A stretch of DNA of 64,000 nt from Qipengyuania sp. (GCF_964227205.1 NZ_CAXQVB010000006.1:118579-182578), one strand, 5' to 3'. Shown: positions 49,723 to 59,426, numbered from the stretch's first letter. Made by a program: numbers and translations. The notes: generated by a model from the sequence alone, not told the origin.

Positions 49723-50217
49723 ATGCCCCAGATAGCACAGCTTGCCGAAACATGGTCCAGCCAGGTCTTCTGGCTGCTGGTCTTCTTCGGCATCACCTTC
49801 TTCGTCATCGGCAAGGGCATGGTTCCCAAGGTGATGGCAACCGTCGCCGAACGGGACGGCCAGATCGCCGCCGACCTCGCCGCTGCCAAGGCCGCGCGCG
49901 ATGCCGCCGACGAACAGGAAGAGGCCTGGCGGGTGCGCGAGAACGAGAACCGCGCCGCGGCGCAGGCGATCGTCGCCAAGGCCAAGGACGAGGCTGCCGC
50001 CAAGTCCGAGAGCAAGCTGAAGGCGGCGCAGACGCGTCTCGACAAGAAGCTCGCCGAAGCCGAAACCCGCATCGCCGAAGCACGCACTGCCGCGCTCGCC
50101 GAAGTGGAATCGGTTGCCGTGGAAGCCGCGCAGGATATCGTCGCCCGCCTCGCCGGAGCGAAGGTGACCAAGCCCGCTGCGACCAAGGCCGTGAAGGAGG
50201 CGATGAGCCATGGCTAA
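49723..50217 (+). CDS. atpG: ATP synthase F0 subunit b'
   Basis: MPQ...SQVFWL, PKV...ER...IAADL..A coiled coil. Confidence 0.9.
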   Translation: MPQIAQLAETWSSQVFWLLVFFGITFFVIGKGMVPKVMATVAERDGQIAADLAAAKAARDAADEQEEAWRVRENENRAAAQAIVAKAKDEAAAKSESKLKAAQTRLDKKLAEAETRIAEARTAALAEVESVAVEAAQDIVARLAGAKVTKPAATKAVKEAMSHG

Positions 50218-50782
50218 TCCCGTCCCCGAAGTCTTCGCCACCGAAGCGGTCGAAGTGAACACCGAAACCGGTCACGGCGGCGCTCCGACGCATGTCGAGC
50301 CCGAACTGTTCGGCCTCGCGCCCTACCAGATCGTCTCGGTCGCGATGTTCGTCCTGCTGCTGATCGCCTTCTTCGGCGCCAAGGTCCACAAAACCATCGG
50401 GGCCGGGCTCGACGGCAAGATCGCAGCGATCAAGGAACAGCTTGACGAAGCCAAGCAGCTGCGTGCCGAAGCCGAGGCGCTGCGCCAGGAATATGCCGAC
50501 AAGATCGCCGGGGCCGAAAAGGACGCCGAAGCCATGCTCGCCAATGCGCAGCATGAAGCCGATGCGATCCTCGAGAAGGCCGAAGCCGACAGCAAGGCGA
50601 TGGTCGAGCGCCGCAAGCGCATGGCCGAGGACAAGATCGCCGCAGCCGAGCGCGAGGCGGTCGAGGACGTGCGCAACCGCGCAGTGAATGCCGCGACCAT
50701 GGCGAGCCGCAAGTTGATTGCCGAGAAGCACGATGCCGAAGCCGACAAGGCGCTGGCCGACAAGGTGATCGCCGGGATCTGA
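50210..50782 (+). CDS. atpF: ATP synthase F0 subunit b
   Basis: TM segment then LDGKIAAIKEQLDEAKQLRAEAEAL coiled coil. Confidence 0.9.
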   Translation: MANPVPEVFATEAVEVNTETGHGGAPTHVEPELFGLAPYQIVSVAMFVLLLIAFFGAKVHKTIGAGLDGKIAAIKEQLDEAKQLRAEAEALRQEYADKIAGAEKDAEAMLANAQHEADAILEKAEADSKAMVERRKRMAEDKIAAAEREAVEDVRNRAVNAATMASRKLIAEKHDAEADKALADKVIAGI

Positions 50783-50807
50783 TCCTTCGGGCACCAGTGA
50801 AAAATCG

Positions 50808-50837
50808 AGAGGGCGGTCCTGCGGGGCCGCCCTTTTC
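50808..50837. terminator. Terminator between the atp operon and a convergent gene
   Basis: gagggcggtcc-tgcg-gggccgccctttt. Confidence 0.8.
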
Positions 50838-50840
50838 GAT

Positions 50841-51806
50841 TCAGGGCTCGAGTACGAGCTTCCCGATGATTTCGCCGCGCTGCATTGTCACGAAGGCCTC
50901 GCGCCAGCAGTCGAGTGAGAGCGTGCGGTCGACATGGGGCCTGATGCGCCCCTCCGCCGCGAGTGCATCGACCGCATCGGCGATCCTCGCTCCGCGCTCG
51001 GGAAAGCGCCTCGCGTATTCGCCGGCACGCACGCCGACGACCGAGAAGCCTTTGATCAGCGGTATGTTGACCGCAATTTCGGGGATGCGGCCCGATACGA
51101 AGCCGATCACCAGAAGCTTGCCGCCGAATGTCACGCAGCGCGTACTTTCGTCGAACACATCGCCGCCCACGGGATCGTAGACGAGGTCGCACAGCCGCCC
51201 CTCGGTCAGCTCCGCGACTTCCTCGCGGAAATGTCCCGTGTTGAGGATGACCGCGTCGGGCCGCGCGATGGTGCGCAAGGCCTCGAGTTTGTCCTCTCGA
51301 TGCGTGGCGGCGATGACCTTGGCCCCCATCGCTTTGGCAAGGTCGCAGGCGGCGAGGCCGACTCCGCCGCTTGCCCCATGCACCAGCACGGTCTGACCGG
51401 ATTCGAGCCCGCCGATCTCGACCAATGCGACATAGGCGGTGTGGTAGGCCGCCCCCATCGCGGCGGCGGTGGCGAAATCCAGGCCGTCGGGAATCTTTCG
51501 CAGCGATGCAGCGGGCAGGGCGACATAATCGGCGAAGGCACCGGTCTTTGCTCCGCCGCGCACCCGGTCTCCAGGCGCGAATGCACTGCCTGGTGGAGCC
51601 TCCACCACTTCACCCGCCATCTCGAGACCCGAGACGAAAGGCGGTTCGGGTTTGAATTGGTATCTCCCCTGCGTCATCAGCAGGTCGGGATAGTTGAGCG
51701 AGGCGGCGCGAACGCGGACCAGGACCTCGCCTAGCGGCCGCTCGATGTCGGCCAGCTCGACCCCCGACAGGTCGGGCGACAGCTCACGTACGATGAGGGC
51801 CCTCAT
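50841..51806 (-). CDS. NADPH:quinone oxidoreductase (MDR family)
   Basis: SLNYPDLL, GLEMAGEV, VHGASGGVG, YDPVGG, VIGFVSG. Confidence 0.9.
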   Translation of the reverse strand: MRALIVRELSPDLSGVELADIERPLGEVLVRVRAASLNYPDLLMTQGRYQFKPEPPFVSGLEMAGEVVEAPPGSAFAPGDRVRGGAKTGAFADYVALPAASLRKIPDGLDFATAAAMGAAYHTAYVALVEIGGLESGQTVLVHGASGGVGLAACDLAKAMGAKVIAATHREDKLEALRTIARPDAVILNTGHFREEVAELTEGRLCDLVYDPVGGDVFDESTRCVTFGGKLLVIGFVSGRIPEIAVNIPLIKGFSVVGVRAGEYARRFPERGARIADAVDALAAEGRIRPHVDRTLSLDCWREAFVTMQRGEIIGKLVLEP

Positions 51807-51811
51807 GGGCT

Positions 51812-52567
51812 TCAGAAATTGTCCTTGGCGGCGCGCAATGCTGCGAAGGTCTCCGCCGGACTCGTTCCGCCCCACCGGTCGCGCAGGTCGGCATCGTCGG
51901 CGCGCAGGAAGGGATTGGTTGCCAGCTCGCGCGACAGCACGGTCGGCACGGTGGACTCGCCGCGTTCGCGCTTCTCATCGATGCGTGCGGCATAGAGCCG
52001 CAGCTCCGGATTGTCGGGATCGGCATGGAGCGCGAATTTCGCGTTGGCCTGCGTATATTCATGCGCGCAATAGAGCATGGTGTTTTCGGGCAGGCTGCGG
52101 ATGCGTTCGAGACTGTGCCAGAACTGTTCGGCTTGGCCCTCGAACATCCGCCCGCAGCCCAGCGCGAAGACGCTGTCGCCAACAAAGGCCGTGTCGGCTG
52201 CGGCAATGTGATAGGCGACATGGCCATTGGTATGGCCCGAGACGTCGATCACGCGCGCCGTCCACTCGCCCAGTTTCACAGCATCGCCATTGCCCACCAC
52301 GCGGTCGATCGGGCTGAGCTTCTCGACCTCTTTCGGCGCGACGATGGTGGCCCCGGTCGCTTCGACGATCGCTGCGTTGCCGCCAGCATGGTCGGGGTGC
52401 CAGTGCGTGTTCCAGATCTGCGTGATGGTCCAGCCCCTGGCGGCGGCCTGGCGCAGGTATTCGGCGCCGTCGGGCGTATCGATCGCCGCGGTCTCGCCGC
52501 TGTCGGGATCGTGGAGGAGGAATCCGTAATTGTCGGACAGGCAGGGGAACTGGTGGACTTCGAGCAT
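51812..52567 (-). CDS. gloB: Hydroxyacylglutathione hydrolase (glyoxalase II)
   Basis: LSDNY, NTHWHPDHAGG, GHTNGH, GDSVFALGCGR, CAHEYT, TNPFLR. Confidence 0.94.
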   Translation of the reverse strand: MLEVHQFPCLSDNYGFLLHDPDSGETAAIDTPDGAEYLRQAAARGWTITQIWNTHWHPDHAGGNAAIVEATGATIVAPKEVEKLSPIDRVVGNGDAVKLGEWTARVIDVSGHTNGHVAYHIAAADTAFVGDSVFALGCGRMFEGQAEQFWHSLERIRSLPENTMLYCAHEYTQANAKFALHADPDNPELRLYAARIDEKRERGESTVPTVLSRELATNPFLRADDADLRDRWGGTSPAETFAALRAAKDNF

Positions 52568-52597
52568 GGACGCGAGCCTACGCCGGTTCACCGAAAC

Positions 52598-52636
52598 AGA
52601 AAAGGCCCGCCTGCTCCTGCGAGCAAGCGGGCCTTC
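52598..52636 (-). terminator. rpsA terminator
   Basis: Minus strand aaggcccgcttgctc-gcag-gagcaggcgggcc-ttttct. Confidence 0.85.
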
Positions 52637-52649
52637 CCTTGTCTTGCGA

Positions 52650-52720
52650 TCCCCCGCGAAGGCGGGGGTCTCAGCCGGATTGGTGCCAAGCTGCCTGAGG
52701 TCCCCGCCTGCGCGGGGACC
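52650..52720. repeat. REP-like doublet (ccccgcgaaggcgggg type)
   Basis: tcccccgcgaaggcgggggtctc ... gaggtccccgcctgcgcgggga: two inverted hairpins between the rpsA stop and its terminator. Confidence 0.75.
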
Positions 52721-52728
52721 CGGGCTGC

Positions 52729-54432
52729 TTAGTCTTCCTTCTTCTTCAGCGCTTCGCCGAGGATGTCGCCGAGCGAGGCGCCCGAATCCGACGAACCGAA
52801 CTGTGCAACGGCTTCCTTCTCTTCGGCGATCTGGCGCGCCTTGATCGAGAAGTTCGGCTTCTTCGAACGATCGAAGCCGGTGACCATCGCGTCGACCTTG
52901 CTGCCGACCTGGAAGCGGTCGGGGCGCTGTTCGTCGCGGTCGCGGCCGAGGTCGCTGCGCTTGATGAAGCCGGTCGCACCGTCTTCGCCGACCTGCACTT
53001 CGAGGCCGCCATCGCGGACTTCGAGAACGGTGACGGTGACGGTTTCGCCCTTGCGGAGCGTGCCCGAGGCACCGGCTTCGGTCGGCGCACCCTTTTCGAG
53101 CTGCTTCATACCGAGGCTGATGCGTTCCTTGTCGGTGTCGACGTCGAGAACGACGGCTTCGACCTGCTCGCCCTTGCGGTGCAGAGCGAGCGCGTCTTCA
53201 CCCGAGATGCCCCAGGCGATGTCGGACATGTGGACCATGCCGTCGACGTCGCCATCGAGGCCGATGAAGAGACCGAATTCGGTGGCGTTCTTGACTTCGC
53301 CCGAGACCTTCGAGCCGACCGGGTGCTTCTCGGCGAACTCTTCCCACGGGTTGCGCTGGGCCTGCTTGAGGCCGAGGCTGATGCGGCGCTTCTCGCTGTC
53401 GACCTCGAGGACCATGACTTCGACTTCCTGCGAGGTCGAGACGATCTTGCCCGGGTGGACGTTCTTCTTGGTCCAGCTCATTTCCGAAACGTGGACCAGG
53501 CCTTCGATGCCCGGCTCGATTTCGACGAATGCGCCGTATTCGGTGATGTTGGTGACGGTCCCCGTCAGCTTCATGCCGACCGGGTACTTGGCCGAAACGC
53601 CATCCCACGGATCCGATTCCAGCTGCTTCATGCCGAGGCTGATGCGCTGGGTGTCTTCGTTGATGCGGATGATCTGGACGGTCACGGTCTGGCCGATTTC
53701 GATCATTTCGCTCGGGTGGTTGACGCGCTTGTAGCTCATGTCGGTGACGTGGAGCAGTCCGTCGATACCGCCGAGGTCGACGAAGGCGCCGTAGTCGGTG
53801 ATGTTCTTGACCACGCCGTCGATCACCTGGCCTTCGGCCAGCTTGTCGATCAGTTCGCTGCGCTGTTCGGCGCGGGTTTCTTCGAGCACCGCGCGGCGCG
53901 AGACGACGATGTTGCCGCGGCGGCGGTCCATCTTGAGGATCTGGAAGGGCTGGGCCATGTCCATCAGCGGGGTGACGTCGCGCACGGGGCGGATGTCGAC
54001 CTGCGAGCCGGGCAGGAAGGCCACGGCGCCGTCGAGGTCGACGGTGAAGCCGCCCTTGACGCGGCCGAAGATGCGGCCTTCGACGCGCTTGCCTTCGCCG
54101 AACTCGCTTTCAAGCTTGTCCCAGGCGGCTTCGCGGCGGGCGCGGTCGCGCGACAGCATGGCTTCGCCGTCGGCGTTTTCGACGCGGTCGACATAGACTT
54201 CGACTTCATCGCCGACACCGGGGGCGACATCGCCTTCGCCGCGCTGGAATTCCTTGAGATCGACGCGGCCTTCGCTCTTCAGGCCGACATCGATGTGCGC
54301 CATGCCGTTTTCGATGGCGGTGACGGTGCCCTTGACGACGCGGCCTTCGAAGCCGCCGTCATCTGCGCCGCCGAGCTGCTCGTCGAGCATTTTCGCGAAA
54401 TCGTCGCGAGTGGGATTGGCTGCAGTTGCCAT
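52729..54432 (-). CDS. rpsA: 30S ribosomal protein S1
   Basis: Repeated S1 domains (DVGLKSEG, AFLPGSQVD, YGAFVDLGGIDGLLHV, FGLFIGL); ends GASLGDILG. Confidence 0.98.
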   Translation of the reverse strand: MATAANPTRDDFAKMLDEQLGGADDGGFEGRVVKGTVTAIENGMAHIDVGLKSEGRVDLKEFQRGEGDVAPGVGDEVEVYVDRVENADGEAMLSRDRARREAAWDKLESEFGEGKRVEGRIFGRVKGGFTVDLDGAVAFLPGSQVDIRPVRDVTPLMDMAQPFQILKMDRRRGNIVVSRRAVLEETRAEQRSELIDKLAEGQVIDGVVKNITDYGAFVDLGGIDGLLHVTDMSYKRVNHPSEMIEIGQTVTVQIIRINEDTQRISLGMKQLESDPWDGVSAKYPVGMKLTGTVTNITEYGAFVEIEPGIEGLVHVSEMSWTKKNVHPGKIVSTSQEVEVMVLEVDSEKRRISLGLKQAQRNPWEEFAEKHPVGSKVSGEVKNATEFGLFIGLDGDVDGMVHMSDIAWGISGEDALALHRKGEQVEAVVLDVDTDKERISLGMKQLEKGAPTEAGASGTLRKGETVTVTVLEVRDGGLEVQVGEDGATGFIKRSDLGRDRDEQRPDRFQVGSKVDAMVTGFDRSKKPNFSIKARQIAEEKEAVAQFGSSDSGASLGDILGEALKKKED

Positions 54433-54603
54433 AGTTGAGTAGTCCTAACGTTCGTTTTGCTACCGGCCGCCGGTTTTCCCGGGGTCTTTACCCGTCTGCC
54501 TGCGCACCATTGCACGGGCCGTACGGGGCAAGAGGGCCGATGCCGCGCGGGGCCGATTGCCGTCGCGCGGGTCCTTTCAATCGACAGATTGCGAGAACGG
54601 GCG

Positions 54604-54636
54604 CGCGCCTAGGCCAAACCGCCGCCAAAGGCAAGG
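54604..54636 (-). promoter_or_regulatory. Probable sigma70 promoter of rpsA
   Basis: Minus strand TTGCCT-N17-TAGGCG about 170 nt upstream of the ATG. Confidence 0.5.
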
Positions 54637-54758
54637 AAATTGCTCCCCTCGGAGAAATGCGGATGCCTGGTTAGGAAATTGTTTTCTGCTTCCCGTCACA
54701 AGGTGCAATCGACCGATGAACTCTCAATAGTGGATCCAGGCTACCCGGTAGAGCGCAC

Positions 54759-56054
54759 ATGAAACACAGGATATCGCCCCAGAACGTCACGGCCGGCATG
54801 TACATATGCGGTTTCGGTGGTGGCTGGCTGGACCATCCCTTCTGGGTGAAGCGTTTCGAGGTCAAGCCCAGGCATCTGCCCCGGCTCGCGGACTCGGCGG
54901 TACCTTTCGTGATTATCGATGACGAAAGAGGGGCAGGGCTAGCTGAAGGGCTTCCGGATTGCGCCTCCGAAGCCGGAGCCTCCGGACCGGACGCAAAGCG
55001 TATCGGGGGAAAGGAATTGATCCGCCCCCGGAGAAGCAACAAGTCTTTCCGTCCGGCGAGCTGGTCGAGCACTCCGGCGCGCAACGACAGGCGGGCGGAA
55101 GCCAAGCGCCTCCTCGCCCGGTCTCTCGAGGTAACACGCACTACCTTCGCCAACATTCGGACGGGCAAGCCGATCCGGATGGCAGAGGTGAGCGATGTCG
55201 TCGAGGATATCGTCGGATCGACCGTGCGATGCCCGCGCGCCCTGCTCGAAGTTCTGCGCCTCAAGCAGAAGGACGAGTATACCTATCTCCATTCGGTCGC
55301 CGTCTGCACGTTGATGATCAATGTCGCGCGCCAGTTGGGCAAGAGCGAGGCGGAGATCTTCGACTACGGCCTGGCCGGCCTCTTCCACGATCTCGGCAAG
55401 ATGTGTGTCGACCAGGCGATCCTCGACAAGCCGGGCAGCCTGGACGATGCCGAATTCGACGAGGTCCGCAGCCATCCGGTCCATGGCTACGACATCCTGG
55501 CGCGCACCCCCGGTGTGCCTGCAATTGCGCTCGATGTCTGTCGCCACCATCACGAACGGCCGGACGGCAAGGGTTATCCCTCGGGCCTGTCCGGGGCAGA
55601 GCTGACGGAGGCCGCGCGGCTGGGGGCGATTTGCGACGTCTATGACGCGCTGACTTCCGACCGCGCTTACAAGGACGCCTGGACGCCCAGCAAGGCGATT
55701 TCGGCGATGTGGAGCTGGGAGGGGCAGTTCGACCGCGAGCTGCTGTTCGCTTTCATGAAGAGCGTCGGTGTGTTCCCCGAAGGCCTCGTGGTCGAGCTCG
55801 ACGGCGACAGGCTCGGGCTGGTCCTTGCTCCCCGGGTCGAAGGGCAGCGGTCGCGCGTGCTGGTGTTCTATTGCACCGCCAGCAGGAGCCCGATCGTAGC
55901 GAAGGACGCGACCACCTCGGGCAAGCGCGACAGCGTGACAATTATCGCCCCCGCCGATCCGCAGGCCCACGGAATCGCTCCCGAGCTGTGCAACGAGACA
56001 CATCTGCGCGGCGCCGAGTGGGCGCGACAGCCCGTTGCCGCGCTCGCCGGCTGA
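54759..56054 (+). CDS. HD-GYP cyclic-di-GMP phosphodiesterase with DUF3391-like N-terminus
   Basis: GMYI...WLDHPFW; YTYLHSVAV, FHDLGK, HHERPDGKGYPSG, CDVYDALTSDRAYK. Confidence 0.88.
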   Translation: MKHRISPQNVTAGMYICGFGGGWLDHPFWVKRFEVKPRHLPRLADSAVPFVIIDDERGAGLAEGLPDCASEAGASGPDAKRIGGKELIRPRRSNKSFRPASWSSTPARNDRRAEAKRLLARSLEVTRTTFANIRTGKPIRMAEVSDVVEDIVGSTVRCPRALLEVLRLKQKDEYTYLHSVAVCTLMINVARQLGKSEAEIFDYGLAGLFHDLGKMCVDQAILDKPGSLDDAEFDEVRSHPVHGYDILARTPGVPAIALDVCRHHHERPDGKGYPSGLSGAELTEAARLGAICDVYDALTSDRAYKDAWTPSKAISAMWSWEGQFDRELLFAFMKSVGVFPEGLVVELDGDRLGLVLAPRVEGQRSRVLVFYCTASRSPIVAKDATTSGKRDSVTIIAPADPQAHGIAPELCNETHLRGAEWARQPVAALAG

Positions 56055-56064
56055 AGCGAACCGC

Positions 56065-57015
56065 TCAGCCGCCTTTGTAGAGCATGGCCACGTCGCAGCG
56101 TTCGTAGCGCGCGGCATATTCGTCCATGATTCCCGCGTCGTGCACGAAGCCGAGCTTTTCGTAGAGATGGATGGCGGCGGCGCATTTGCGATTGGTGAGG
56201 AGATAGAGCTTCTCTGCGCCCAGTGCCCTGGCCCGGTCGATCACGTGTTGTAGCAGGAACTCGCCGGCCTTCAGCCCGCGCGCGCTTTCGCGCACGCCCA
56301 TCTTGGTCAGCTCGAAGGCGCCCGGTCCGGTCTTCTGCAGCGCGCAGGTGCCGACGATGCCGAGCCCCCCGGCCTCGACGAACAGGATATCGCCGCCGGG
56401 ATCGAGGATGTGTTCTTGAGGGTTCTCGAGCACCTTGCGATCGGTCTCCTCGATCACGAACATGCTCTCGATCCACTCGGCGTTTATGTCGTGGAATTCG
56501 CGGGCGAGGGCAGGAGAATATTCGCGCAACGTGAGCGTGCAGGGCCGCGCGCGGGTCGCGCGCTCGGCGATCGATGCCTGGGCCAGCGCATCCTCGATAA
56601 CCGCCAGTTGGCGAAGGAAGTTGCCTTCGACCAGCGTGAGGATTTCCTCGGCCGCTGCGCCTACGCGGGGCCAGACCAGCTCGGCGATTCGGCGAGCCAT
56701 GCGCTCTCCCTCGTCAGTCAGCGCAATCATCCTGCTACGCTGGTCATCGCAGGCCTCATCGCGTGCGAGGCCGAGCCGTTTCAGCTGGCTCACGGTGCGG
56801 GTCATACCCGGCTGGCTGGTGCCGCTCGCTTCGGCCAGCTGCCCGACAGTCTTGGGGCCGGTGCGCAGCGCCGCCATCGCGGGCATATGGCCCGGCTGGA
56901 GCGGAATGTCGGCATCGCTCAGCACGCTGGCAGCACCCGCCTGCATACGCTCGCCCAGGCGCTTCAGCCGGCTGCCGAGGAAGGCCGGGCCCATTTGCGC
57001 GACGACATCGATCAT
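56065..57015 (-). CDS. MarR-type HTH / GNAT fusion protein
   Basis: N-terminal LAEASGTSQPGMTRTV...DQRSRMIALTDEG; C-terminal ELTKMGV..SARGLKAG, AIHLYEKLGF. Confidence 0.85.
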   Translation of the reverse strand: MIDVVAQMGPAFLGSRLKRLGERMQAGAASVLSDADIPLQPGHMPAMAALRTGPKTVGQLAEASGTSQPGMTRTVSQLKRLGLARDEACDDQRSRMIALTDEGERMARRIAELVWPRVGAAAEEILTLVEGNFLRQLAVIEDALAQASIAERATRARPCTLTLREYSPALAREFHDINAEWIESMFVIEETDRKVLENPQEHILDPGGDILFVEAGGLGIVGTCALQKTGPGAFELTKMGVRESARGLKAGEFLLQHVIDRARALGAEKLYLLTNRKCAAAIHLYEKLGFVHDAGIMDEYAARYERCDVAMLYKGG

Positions 57016-57030
57016 GCGAATCTCCATAAC

Positions 57031-57056
57031 GTGATATATAACACGATATATATCAC
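57031..57056. promoter_or_regulatory. Perfect 10-bp inverted repeat, probable MarR autoregulatory operator
   Basis: GTGATATATA-acacga-TATATATCAC directly upstream of the MarR-GNAT start. Confidence 0.7.
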
Positions 57057-57087
57057 CGCGCGGCTCGGCAAGCGCTTGGATCCGCCT

Positions 57088-57708
57088 TTACGAAATTGCG
57101 TAAGTGACCGCCTCGATCGCGGCGGCGATGGCTTCGTCCTTGCCGAGCGCGCTGGTGTCGATGACCATCGCGTCTGCGGCGGGTACCAGCGGGGCGACCG
57201 CGCGGTTGCGGTCGCGTTCGTCGCGGCGGCGCAGATCGTCCTGGATTTCCAGCAGGGTCACCCCGGCACCGCGTTCGTGCATTTCGAGGAAGCGGCGCTG
57301 CGCGCGCGCCTCGACGCTGGCGGTGACGAACAGCTTGGCCTCGGCCTCGGGTGCGATGACGGTGCCGATGTCGCGTCCGTCGAGCACCGCGCCGCCCTCC
57401 TGCGTGGCGAAGCTGCGCTGGCGTTCGTAAAGCGCCTGGCGGACAGCAGGGTGGACCGAGACGCGGCTTGCGAGCCCGCCGGTCTGCTCGTCGCGCAGGT
57501 GCGGATCATCGAGCAGGCTGTCGGGGAAGCTTGTCGCTGCCAGCGCATCGCCGGCATCGTCGGGGTCGCCCCCATCGAGGAACACCTGCCGCCCGACCGC
57601 GCGATAGAGCAGGCCGGTATCGAGGTGTGGCAAGCCGAAATGCGCGGCAAGCGCCTTGGCGATCGTGCCCTTTCCGCTGGCGGTCGGTCCATCGACGGCG
57701 ATGATCAT
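57088..57708 (-). CDS. cmk: Cytidylate kinase
   Basis: IAVDGPTASGKGT, LDTGLLYR, VLDGRDIGTVI, FVTASVEARAQRR, RRDERD. Confidence 0.96.
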   Translation of the reverse strand: MIIAVDGPTASGKGTIAKALAAHFGLPHLDTGLLYRAVGRQVFLDGGDPDDAGDALAATSFPDSLLDDPHLRDEQTGGLASRVSVHPAVRQALYERQRSFATQEGGAVLDGRDIGTVIAPEAEAKLFVTASVEARAQRRFLEMHERGAGVTLLEIQDDLRRRDERDRNRAVAPLVPAADAMVIDTSALGKDEAIAAAIEAVTYAIS

Positions 57709-57965
57709 GCTTTATTTCTCCGCGCCCTCAGCGCCTTCCCGATGCCCCATAGGGCGATCGCCGCCCAAAACCCTTCGAGCACCAGGCTCGGCCAGTTGGT
57801 GTGAACCAGCAGCGATACGGTCAGCAGCGCCGCGCCGGCAAGATTGGTGCCGTGCAGGACGAAAGGATTCGGCTCGTCTTTCCAGGTGAGGTAGGCATAA
57901 GCGGCGATAATGCAGGCCATGCCGATGAAACCGACAAGGGTATAGATGTCGAGCTGGTCGGTCAC
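57705..57965 (-). CDS. Small 3-TM protein (CBU_0592-like)
   Basis: GFIGMACIIAAY...NLAGAALL.VSL...NWPSLVLEGFW; GTGA and ATGA overlaps with aroA and cmk. Confidence 0.75.
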   Translation of the reverse strand: MTDQLDIYTLVGFIGMACIIAAYAYLTWKDEPNPFVLHGTNLAGAALLTVSLLVHTNWPSLVLEGFWAAIALWGIGKALRARRNKA

Positions 57966-59269
57966 TTGGCCGCCTCGTTCAGCAGGGCGGTGAAATTCGG
58001 AAAACTCGTCGCGATCGGTTCGATGCTGTCGATCTCGACTCCGTCGCGGCTGACCAATCCGGCGATTGCCATGCTCATGGCGATACGGTGGTCGAGATGG
58101 GTGGCGATGGGGCTCCCTCCGGGCAAGGGCTGGCCTGCCGTGCCCTCGATACCCAAGCCGTCGTCAGTCTCCTCGACATTGGCACCAGCCAACTTCAGCG
58201 CCTCGGCCATCGCCGAAAGGCGGTCGCTTTCCTTGACGCGCAACTCCTCGAGTCCCGTGGTTTCGGTCGTTCCGTCTGCCAAGGCGGCGGCGATAAAGAG
58301 GACGGGGAATTCGTCGATCATGCTCGGCGCGATGGCCGGGTCAACCTCGATACCCCTGAGCTTGGCATGGCGCACGCGCAGGTCGGCAACGGGTTCGCCG
58401 CCCACGTCGCGCTCGTCGAGCTTCTCGATATTGGCGCCCATTTGCGCGAGCACGCGGAAGACCCCGTCGCGCGTCGGGTTCAGGCCGACATTCTCGATCA
58501 CCAGATCGCTGCCCGGCACGATGCTGGCGGCCACGGCGAAGAAGGCTGCCGATGACGGATCGCCCGGAACCACAATGTCGCAGGGGTTGAGGTCGGCAGG
58601 GCCGTGGATGCGGATGACTCGTTCGCCATCCTTTTCCTCGACTTCCAGCTTGGCGCCGAAGCCGCCCAGCATGCGCTCGGTGTGATCGCGTGTGGGGACC
58701 GGTTCGATCACCGTTGTGATGCCCGGCGTGTTGAGCCCGGCGAGCAGCACCGCGCTTTTTACCTGAGCGCTGGCGACGGGCAGGCGGTAGGCGATCGGCA
58801 CCGCCGGCTGCATGCCTTCCATAATCAGCGGCAGCGTGCCGCCGGGGGATGGGGTGAAGCTCGCGCCCATGGTCGATAGAGGGTCGATCACCCGGCCCAT
58901 GGGGCGCTTCGACAGGCTCGCATCGCCGGTGAAGGCGGCGGTGATGCCGTGGCTTGCGATGAGCCCCATCAGCAACCGCGTCGAAGTGCCCGAATTGCCC
59001 ATGTCCAGCGCCTGTTCGGGCTGCAGCAATCCGCCGACGCCGACGCCGTCGACCACCCAGTCTTCGCCCGTGCGCTCGATCGTCGCGCCCATGGCGCGCA
59101 GAGCCGCTGCGGTTGCAAGGACGTCCTCTCCCTCTAGCAGGCCCGAAATGCGGCTGCGGCCGACGGCCAGCGCGCCGAACATCAGTGCACGGTGGCTGAT
59201 CGACTTGTCGCCCGGTACGCGGATGCGACCGGTCAGCGGGCCTGAGGGGAGAAAGCGGTGGGCGGTCAC
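57962..59269 (-). CDS. aroA: EPSP synthase
   Basis: VPGDKSISHRA, DMGNSGTSTRL, SAQVKSA, RDHTERML, VPGDPSSAAF, ELRVKESDR, DHRIAM; GTG start assumed. Confidence 0.96.
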   Translation of the reverse strand: MTAHRFLPSGPLTGRIRVPGDKSISHRALMFGALAVGRSRISGLLEGEDVLATAAALRAMGATIERTGEDWVVDGVGVGGLLQPEQALDMGNSGTSTRLLMGLIASHGITAAFTGDASLSKRPMGRVIDPLSTMGASFTPSPGGTLPLIMEGMQPAVPIAYRLPVASAQVKSAVLLAGLNTPGITTVIEPVPTRDHTERMLGGFGAKLEVEEKDGERVIRIHGPADLNPCDIVVPGDPSSAAFFAVAASIVPGSDLVIENVGLNPTRDGVFRVLAQMGANIEKLDERDVGGEPVADLRVRHAKLRGIEVDPAIAPSMIDEFPVLFIAAALADGTTETTGLEELRVKESDRLSAMAEALKLAGANVEETDDGLGIEGTAGQPLPGGSPIATHLDHRIAMSMAIAGLVSRDGVEIDSIEPIATSFPNFTALLNEAAK

Positions 59270-59426
59270 GAAGGCATATCCATATGAAGGCGGCGCTTTG
59301 ACAGCGCACATGGGTTCTGGCAAGGCGCGCGCGCTGTTGATTCCTGCCCGGCAGGTTCCCATCAATACAATTACGAATTCACGGCCCCGCGCAGACCGCG
59401 TGGGGCGGCAAATCCAAGGATTACAC

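Noticed and set aside
48213-50782. ATP synthase operon lacking F1 genes
   Set aside because: Split F0/F1 operons with b and b' are normal in alphaproteobacteria.
53179-54438. 419-aa plus-strand ORF (likewise 60226-61542 minus, 39145-40473 plus, 56410-57804 plus)
   Set aside because: Mirror frames of highly codon-biased genes (rpsA, ffh, purB, cmk).
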